Assembly (NCBI GenBank): GCA_016928415.1
Contig: JAFGKU010000097.1
Location: 3,229-67,228 of the forward strand
DNA: 64,000 nt
From: Spirochaetales bacterium
GTDB lineage: Bacteria; Spirochaetota; Spirochaetia; SZUA-6; JAFGRV01
Direction: 5' to 3'
This document shows positions 57,492 through 64,000 of this stretch, piece by piece. Below the pieces are notes generated by a model. The model worked only from the letters and a program-made list of their open reading frames with translations. It made no database searches and had not been told where the DNA came from. Numbering within the stretch: the stretch's first letter is position 1; each line of letters begins with the position of its first letter. The position numbers were made by a program, and so were the translations under genes.

Positions 57492-59939
57492 TTACGGCAA
57501 TGTATTCAGGTAAGCCCTGTTGCTTATAACAAATGAATTGTTGTTCTGGTAGCTGTCCCAGTTTATGGACCAGGCCATGATACCGCGCAATCCTGAATAC
57601 GAATTATTGATTGTCGTGAATGCGGACTGCAGTTCCGAATTGGAGACCTGTCCGCTGCCCGCCGCGCTTGCCGAAGCGGGTACGCCGATCACTACCTGAT
57701 CCGCACGCAATCCGGGGAAGAAATGGCTGGCGTCCTGGTTCACGTTGAATCCCGTGATCACCATCTTACACATCGCCACGATGGAAGCGGCGTTCCCCAT
57801 TGTGTAGTACTGGCCGTCCGTTCCGAGAATGGCGCCTGAATTGTACAATTGCGCATGGACATAGGTTGTTCTGCTTCTTAAGGCATGGATCATGGGAATC
57901 CAGACACCGGCCCTGGTATCAACATAAGGATTCAAACCGCCGTAGTATTGATAGCCTAACTGGAGATAGAATGTTTCCGGCGCCCAGGACAGGATAAAGT
58001 TGGAACTGTAGGAATTGACGATCTGGCTGATGGCCGAAATCATGTTTACGACCTTGGGAGAGGTGGGATTCGCGAAATCGGGGTCCGCACCGGAATTGAA
58101 CTGGACGGATGACTGTTCCAGATCGATGTCGATACCGTCAAACCCGTATGAGCTGATGTAACCTTTTATCGCATTGACGAATGTCGATACGGCGCTTGAT
58201 GATGTGAGCGAGAAATAACCTTCGTATCCGCCTATGGACAGCACGATTTTTTTGCCCCTGCTCTGCATGGTCCGGATATCCGCCCTGAATTCCGCGTCAC
58301 CGTATGACGCATCCCCGGAGGAGATGGAGAAGGTCATCTGGCCATTCGTGCTTCCGGCTGAAACCGGTACGGCAAAGGCGATGTTGATGACGTCCCAGTT
58401 CGAATTGACCTGTGCCAGCGGTATAAACGGATTACCGCTGTCCCATGTATGCCAGTACCCCACCATGATGCGTTTGGGCAGTCCCGTGTTGGGAATGGTG
58501 GGGACGGGGGTAGCCGTAGGGGTCCTTGTCGCGGTTGCCGTGGCCTGGACGGGAGTGGGCGTCCTGGTTGGCGTTGATGTAGATGTAGCCTGTTGCTGCG
58601 TGGGTGTTGCCGTGGCCGTGTTATTTACGACCCCGAAAATTTCCCATTCGGACAACTGCAGTATGGTGCCCGAGTTGTTTGTCATGTTCAGCCTGTAATA
58701 GGAATAAGAGTTGCCGTTATTGAAAGAGAATGTCCTGGTCTGGAACCTGTTGGGAAAATCCTCTCCCGATCGGGAATCAAGTGTAATCCATGTAGAGCCG
58801 TTGGTGGAACCCTGCAGGGTCCATGTGTACGGGTCCCTTTCCGCCGCATCATTGGCAGAAGAGATGGTATACTGAGTGACTACGGCATTTGATCCTGCGA
58901 ACTGTACCCAACCTGATGCATGGAAAGTTAAATATTTTGTAGATGTCGAATTGTCGATCAATTTATCAATTTCTTCGTTCGTAGGTGAATCATAGTATTG
59001 TGCGCTCACTGTTCCCGTTAAATTGGTGATGTCCTGAAGGTTTACCGGGGTCGTCGGTGTCGATGTGTAGGACGGACTGGTGGGTGAGGGCGTTGATGTC
59101 CGCGTTGGGGTGGCCGTATTCGTGGTGCCTGTGGTTCCGAAGATTTCCCATTCGGACAGCTGCAATATGGTGCCCGAATTATTTGTCATGTTCAGCCTGT
59201 AATAGGAATATGAGGTGCCGTTACTGAAAGAGAATGTCCTGGTCTGGAACCTGTTGGGAAAATCCTCTCCCGACCGTGAATCGAGGGTAACCCATGTGGA
59301 ACCGTTGGTGGAACCTTGAAGTGTCCAGGTATAAGGGTCCCTCTCGGCCGCGTCATTGGCCGAGGAAATGGTATACTGAGTGACTACGGCGCTTGGTCCC
59401 TGGAACTGTACCCAGCCGGATGCATGGAAGGTCAGGTATTTTGTGGAAGTGGTGTTGTCAATTAATTTATCAATTTCTTCGTTCGCAGGTGAGTCATAGT
59501 ACTGGGCGGTGATCGTGCCCGCCAGGTTAGTGATATCCTGGAGAGTTGCAGGCGATGATGGGGTAGGTGTTGATGTCCGTGTTGGGGTTGCTGTGGCCGC
59601 ATTGGTATTTGTTCCTGTGGCTGTGGCCGCCATGGTATTTGTGGCGGTCGCTGTTGCCGCCGCGGTATTTGTGGGTGTGGCTGTCGATGTGGCTGTTGGG
59701 GCTACCGTAACCCCGCTGACAGGTTTCCATAAAGTCGGTGTGTCTGCCGGATTCCAGTTTGCCCCGCACCAGGCGGTGTGGGTGATTATGGCTTCGTAGC
59801 TGCTTCCCAGGTAGGTCACAACGGTACCGGCCGTATAGGTTACGCCGCATACCCATTCCGCAGCATTAATGAAAGAAGCAAAAGCCAAGCTGAAGACAAT
59901 AAATAAAACGAGTAGTTTTTTCCTTTTTGTGATAATCAT
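57492..59939 (-). CDS. Secreted GH18 chitinase: CBM5/12, Thr-rich linker, two discoidin/F5-8-like modules, catalytic domain
   Basis: Signal peptide, W...Y.AG..VTY.G..Y (CBM5/12), two copies of DNxTSTKYLTF..SANDAAERDP, SIGG and FDGIDIDLE. Confidence 0.92.
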   Translation of the reverse strand: MIITKRKKLLVLFIVFSLAFASFINAAEWVCGVTYTAGTVVTYLGSSYEAIITHTAWCGANWNPADTPTLWKPVSGVTVAPTATSTATPTNTAAATATATNTMAATATGTNTNAATATPTRTSTPTPSSPATLQDITNLAGTITAQYYDSPANEEIDKLIDNTTSTKYLTFHASGWVQFQGPSAVVTQYTISSANDAAERDPYTWTLQGSTNGSTWVTLDSRSGEDFPNRFQTRTFSFSNGTSYSYYRLNMTNNSGTILQLSEWEIFGTTGTTNTATPTRTSTPSPTSPSYTSTPTTPVNLQDITNLTGTVSAQYYDSPTNEEIDKLIDNSTSTKYLTFHASGWVQFAGSNAVVTQYTISSANDAAERDPYTWTLQGSTNGSTWITLDSRSGEDFPNRFQTRTFSFNNGNSYSYYRLNMTNNSGTILQLSEWEIFGVVNNTATATPTQQQATSTSTPTRTPTPVQATATATRTPTATPVPTIPNTGLPKRIMVGYWHTWDSGNPFIPLAQVNSNWDVINIAFAVPVSAGSTNGQMTFSISSGDASYGDAEFRADIRTMQSRGKKIVLSIGGYEGYFSLTSSSAVSTFVNAIKGYISSYGFDGIDIDLEQSSVQFNSGADPDFANPTSPKVVNMISAISQIVNSYSSNFILSWAPETFYLQLGYQYYGGLNPYVDTRAGVWIPMIHALRSRTTYVHAQLYNSGAILGTDGQYYTMGNAASIVAMCKMVITGFNVNQDASHFFPGLRADQVVIGVPASASAAGSGQVSNSELQSAFTTINNSYSGLRGIMAWSINWDSYQNNNSFVISNRAYLNTLP

Positions 59940-60014
59940 TTTTTTCTCCTTTAGTTTTTTCCCTAAATGTTATTTTGGTTTTTACCTCCAAAATAGAGTT
60001 TTTAAACACATTTT

Positions 60015-60080
60015 GTTGGTTGATTGCAAAAACCAACTAACATATATATTAATTATACAATGCAATGGTTGAAAACACAA
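60015..60080 (-). promoter_or_regulatory. Chitinase 1 promoter with a downstream inverted repeat
   Basis: On the minus strand, TTGTGT-N17-TATAAT (60080-60052), then GTTGGTT-N9-AACCAAC at 60015-60037. Confidence 0.5.
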
Positions 60081-60108
60081 GCTAAAATTGAAACTGGATT
60101 TCATGTGA

Positions 60109-60257
60109 CGTGACTTTCTATGCCTTTACACGGGCTGCGAAGGAAGCACGGCTCTACTTCGCTTGCCTTCGCACAGGACCCGGATCGCAGGAGCGATCTT
60201 GCGCTCAGATGCCGCCCTGCTTCCTTCTCCGCCCGCTAAGCAGAAAGGCGCGTCACG
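60109..60257. repeat. GC-rich multi-hairpin element
   Basis: Pairs CGTGAC/GTCACG, GCCTTT/AAAGGC, TGCGAAGG/CCTTCGCA, GATCGC/GCGATC and CTGCTT/AAGCAG. Confidence 0.65.
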
Positions 60258-60340
60258 GAAAACTTTGGGAGAGGGTAGGTGACAGGGAATGACTGCTTTT
60301 AGCTTGTTTGTATTTTCTAAATCCTTATTATGTAAAATTA

Positions 60341-61450
60341 TTATCTAGTTACAGTCACAATTCCCCGCGGTCCCGTTCCGGTTGCATAAGGAGAATCCGG
60401 GATTTCCGTAAGTGTTCCGTTTGATCCTATGGAGAAAGCGGATACATTGTTTCCACCGGTATTGGCAACATACAGAAAAGCGCCGTCCGAGCTTACGGTA
60501 ATTTCTCGAGGTGCTGTACCGACATTATAAGTTGAGATTGATGTAAGCGCTCCGGTCACACCTATAGAAAAGGCAGAAACACTACCAGCGTAGCTGGGGC
60601 CGACACCATTATTTACAGCATACAGATAAGAGCCATTAGGCGTTATAACCATGCCAATGGGAGCGTTGCCTGTATTATAAGCAGTACCCGATAAAGAAAG
60701 TGCACCTGTTGAGGGATTTATTGTAAAGAACCTAACATTATTGTCGGCATTGCTGGTTGCATAAAGGAAAAGGCCATTAGGAGCAATAGCCATTCCTGCA
60801 AAAGTTCCGGCTGCATTAGGAATAGCCGTACTCGTACCTAAATATGAAAGTCCACCTCCCGATAGGATTGTAAATTCCGTAATAGTATCTCCATAAAAAT
60901 TTCCAACGTATAGATAAGAATTATTGGGAGTAGCGGCAACCCTGAATGGATAATCCCCAGTGCTATATGGAGAGCCGGATATTTCTGTTAATACACCATT
61001 CTCACCGATAGAATATGCGGAAACAGTATCGTCTAATTCATTTGTAACATAAAGATAAGATCCATTGGCCGTAATAGTAATGCCGGCGGGAAGAGAACCG
61101 GTAGCAATGGGTGGATTCTGGATAGCTGAAAGATCTCCGTATGGACCTATTGAATAAGCGGATATGTTGTTTGAAACACTATTAGTAACGTATAGAAAAG
61201 ATCCATTAGGGGTTACTGCTGACAGGTACGGACTTGTTTTTGTATCAAAATCTCGGCTTGAATTTCCAATAAGTGTTCCATTATCTAAAATTGTAAAAGA
61301 TGAAACCTTGTTGATCCCGTAATTCACAACAAAAGCAAGCGGATTCTTCAATCCTGCTAACTGAAAGGGATTAAACGGGTTGCAGGAGAATAACAGTAAA
61401 GCTGACAAAGCAACAATGATAATAGCAATAGTTTTCATAATGTTTTTCAT
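60341..61450 (-). CDS. Lactonase-family beta-propeller lipoprotein
   Basis: Lipobox LFSC and repeated TPNGSxLYVxN blades. AT-rich. Confidence 0.85.
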   Translation of the reverse strand: MKNIMKTIAIIIVALSALLLFSCNPFNPFQLAGLKNPLAFVVNYGINKVSSFTILDNGTLIGNSSRDFDTKTSPYLSAVTPNGSFLYVTNSVSNNISAYSIGPYGDLSAIQNPPIATGSLPAGITITANGSYLYVTNELDDTVSAYSIGENGVLTEISGSPYSTGDYPFRVAATPNNSYLYVGNFYGDTITEFTILSGGGLSYLGTSTAIPNAAGTFAGMAIAPNGLFLYATSNADNNVRFFTINPSTGALSLSGTAYNTGNAPIGMVITPNGSYLYAVNNGVGPSYAGSVSAFSIGVTGALTSISTYNVGTAPREITVSSDGAFLYVANTGGNNVSAFSIGSNGTLTEIPDSPYATGTGPRGIVTVTR

Positions 61451-61474
61451 ATCCGAAGTCTCCCTTTAAAACAT

Positions 61475-62467
61475 TTAAAAGTAAAAGCCGGCGCGTATAG
61501 CCGGGGTAATGTCGATATACGTGGCGCTGTCCATGATTATCAGGTTGCAGGTTCCCGAGAGGGAAATGTTAAAGTTGGGCGTTATGCGGTATCCAGCGCC
61601 GATGCCGGCTGAAACAAGTGGCTTGAGTGCCGGGGTCTGGGTTATTCCGTAGCTGCCCTTGTAGTTTACTGTAAGTACGGTGATACCGGCGCAGAGTTCG
61701 CCGAATCCGAAAAGAGGTGTATCAAAATTGGTTTCATAGCGCACTATAGCGGCAAGAGGAATGGCGAGGGTGTCGAATTGGTAGGCAATGAGCGGATTTT
61801 CGAACAGGATGACGGCACCCGTGACAGCACCGAATCCCAGGATACCCCATTCGAAGGTCATGTTATACGCCCCGTAGACAAGCGGTGATGTGCCTATGCC
61901 CCAAACCTGGGCGATATCTCCAAGAGGAAAATTAACCCCGAATCCTGCGCCGGTAGATATAAAATTTCTGATGATGGCATGTCCCTCTCCGTATAGCGAA
62001 TTGAAATCAAAGTCCAGCAGGTATTCAACCGCTTCTTTGGTCAGACTCTCAATATTTTTAAATGAATCGGTGTCTTTAATGGAAGTGCGGACGACATTGG
62101 CCGTCTGGACGGAAATGATGCGCATGGAAAGGTAATATGTTTTCTCTTCGAGAATGAGGGATGGAAGAAGTATATAAGCTGCACCGGATATTCTTCCCAC
62201 CTGAACCGCCGTTTTTTCATCGACAATGGAAGACAGGGAAAGTTCAAGTTCCTCCAGCGCCTTGTCAAGTTCCTTCCGTTCCACCAGGGTAAATCCGCCC
62301 GTGCGGTTCACCATATCCACGATGTACTCGAATATGAGCTCTGTTTTGGATTTTTCCACCCCTTCACCCTTTACATTAAGGATGGCGAGAGTCGGCTTTG
62401 CTTCCTGACTAAAAAGTGCCATACCGTAAAAGATGAGTAAAAACAGGATTACACATTTTTTAATCAT
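61475..62467 (-). CDS. CsgG/TolB-N-like domain fused to a small outer-membrane beta-barrel
   Basis: Signal peptide, FTLVERKELDKALEE..AVQVGRISGA (CsgG-like), amphipathic strands ending in GFYF. Confidence 0.7.
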   Translation of the reverse strand: MIKKCVILFLLIFYGMALFSQEAKPTLAILNVKGEGVEKSKTELIFEYIVDMVNRTGGFTLVERKELDKALEELELSLSSIVDEKTAVQVGRISGAAYILLPSLILEEKTYYLSMRIISVQTANVVRTSIKDTDSFKNIESLTKEAVEYLLDFDFNSLYGEGHAIIRNFISTGAGFGVNFPLGDIAQVWGIGTSPLVYGAYNMTFEWGILGFGAVTGAVILFENPLIAYQFDTLAIPLAAIVRYETNFDTPLFGFGELCAGITVLTVNYKGSYGITQTPALKPLVSAGIGAGYRITPNFNISLSGTCNLIIMDSATYIDITPAIRAGFYF

Positions 62468-62689
62468 TTCTTGATTCCTCTTTGAGATTATTTACAATTA
62501 ATATTCTCAATCATATCCCAATTTTATACATGCATCAAGTTTTTTTACAAATTTGTGATTGTTTTGGATTTTTTTTCTGCCACGACCATTGTTGAAATAC
62601 ATATTAATGAATTAATGGTCCGGAATTAATGGAAATTTAACACAAAATGATTGGATTATTCAGGTTTCAACAATGTTCATGGCAGTACT

Positions 62690-62724
62690 TACAAAAAAGC
62701 CCCGGCTGTTAAAACCGGGGCTTT
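62690..62724 (-). terminator. Intrinsic terminator of chitinase 2
   Basis: AAAGCCCCGG/CCGGGGCTTT stem with a T-run on the minus strand. Confidence 0.78.
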
Positions 62725-62749
62725 GTTCAAAACAGGTTAGGCCGCTACG

Positions 62750-64000
62750 TTACGGCAATGTATTCAGGTAAGCCCTGTTGCTGATGACAAATGAGTTGTT
62801 GTTCTGGAAGCTGTCCCAGTTGATGGACCAGGCCATTATACCGCGCAGTCCGGGATGAGCGTTGTTGATTGTCGAAAAGGCGGATTGAAGCGCTGAATTG
62901 GAGATCTGGCCGCTGCCTGCCGCGCTTGCGGAGGCTGGAACGCCGATCACGACCTGGTCTGCCCGCAACCCGGGGAAGAAATAGCTGGAATTCTGGTTTA
63001 CATTGAATCCCGTGATGACCATGTTGCACATGGCTACAACAGCGGCTGAATTGCCCATTGTGTAATAGACGCCGTCCGTGCCGAGTATGGCGCCCGAATT
63101 ATACAATTGCGCATGTACGTATGTTGTTCTGCTTCGCAGGGCGTGGATCATGGGAATCCAGACACCTGCCCTTGAGTCAACGGCTGCGTTCAGTCCTCCG
63201 TAGAACTGGTAACCCAACTGGAAGTAGAACGTTTCAGGTGCCCAGGACAGGATAAAATCCGAGCTGTAGGAATTGACGATCTGGCTGATGGCCGAAATCA
63301 TGTTCACGACCTTGGGAGATGTGGGGCTCTGGAAATTGGGGTCCGCACCGGGGTTGAACTGGACGGAAGATTGTTCCAGATCTATGTCGATGCCGTTAAA
63401 CCCGTACGAACTGATGAAACCCTTGATGCCGTTCACGAATGTGGAGACGGCGCTCGAGGAGGTGAGGGAGAAATAACCCTCGTATCCGCCTATGGATAAT
63501 ACGATTTTTTTGCCCCTGCTCTGCATTGTCCGGATGTCGGCTCGGAATTCCGCGTCCCCGTAGGAGGCATCTCCGGAAGCAATGGAGAAGGTCATTTGAC
63601 CGTTTGTGCTTCCCGCGGATGCCGGTACGGCAAAAGCGATATTGATGACGTCCCAGTTCGAGTTCACCTGTGCCAGCGGAATGAACGGATTACCGCTGTT
63701 CCATGTATGCCAGTAGCCGACCATGATCCGTTTGGGCAGCCCGGTATTCGGGACGGATCCCGGTGTGGGGGTTCTTGTCGGTGTGGCCGTGGACTGGGCC
63801 GGGGTCGATGTGTTTGCGGGCGGGGATGAAGGTGTGGGAGTGTTCGTGGCAACGGTGCCGCCGCCGCCGCCGCTGGATAAGGTCCATAATGTCGGCGTGT
63901 CAGCAGGATTCCAGTTTGCACCGCAGTATGCAGTATGACTTACCAATGCCACATAAGTATTCCCCAGATAGGTTACTACTGTGCCTGCCGCATAATAAAC
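62750..64000 (-). CDS. GH18 chitinase paralogue (CBM5/12, short linker, catalytic domain); 5' end outside the window
   Basis: The frame is open from 64000 (VYYAAGTVVTYLGNTYVALVSH). The catalytic domain is nearly identical to chitinase 1 and has FNGIDIDLE. Confidence 0.92.
   Translation of the reverse strand, partial: VYYAAGTVVTYLGNTYVALVSHTAYCGANWNPADTPTLWTLSSGGGGGTVATNTPTPSSPPANTSTPAQSTATPTRTPTPGSVPNTGLPKRIMVGYWHTWNSGNPFIPLAQVNSNWDVINIAFAVPASAGSTNGQMTFSIASGDASYGDAEFRADIRTMQSRGKKIVLSIGGYEGYFSLTSSSAVSTFVNGIKGFISSYGFNGIDIDLEQSSVQFNPGADPNFQSPTSPKVVNMISAISQIVNSYSSDFILSWAPETFYFQLGYQFYGGLNAAVDSRAGVWIPMIHALRSRTTYVHAQLYNSGAILGTDGVYYTMGNSAAVVAMCNMVITGFNVNQNSSYFFPGLRADQVVIGVPASASAAGSGQISNSALQSAFSTINNAHPGLRGIMAWSINWDSFQNNNSFVISNRAYLNTLP

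Noticed and set aside
60140-60160. Group II intron domain V (GAGCCGTG on the minus strand)
   Set aside because: The rest of the domain V hairpin and the CGGTTC closing strand are absent.

Overview
Bacterial chromosomal window, most likely a free-living spirochaete. This is inferred from the bactofilin, FadL/TraF-like barrels, PEGA and TPR proteins, archaeal-type ProRS and a stand-alone EF-G2-like paralogue. Housekeeping blocks (HU, mtaB, tRNA-Lys(UUU), ygiQ, proS, DEAD-box helicase, EF-G paralogue, clpC, dapL, D,D-carboxypeptidase) alternate with polysaccharide-degrading enzymes (GH5, GH16, two near-identical GH18 chitinases), cNMP and c-di-GMP signalling genes, and two accessory regions. The first accessory region (about 10.4-14.9 kb, after the tRNA) holds an AbiE-like antitoxin/nucleotidyltransferase pair with a four-box operator and an MBL-fold pseudogene. 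The second (about 44-52.6 kb) holds an array of ATPase-nuclease fusion genes, each preceded by its own palindrome, plus two vapBC-type modules and a deleted GxxExxY gene. The most interesting candidates are: (1) a signal-peptide-less sugar-binding protein in an apparent operon with a soluble GAF-GGDEF cyclase next to the chitinases; (2) a pseudo-receiver/histidine kinase/degenerate GGDEF/PilZ protein; (3) the ATPase-nuclease array; (4) several small palindromic DNA elements, one sitting between the SD and ATG of clpC. No CRISPR array, rRNA or intact transposase was seen. All calls come from reading motifs by eye; no database searches were run.
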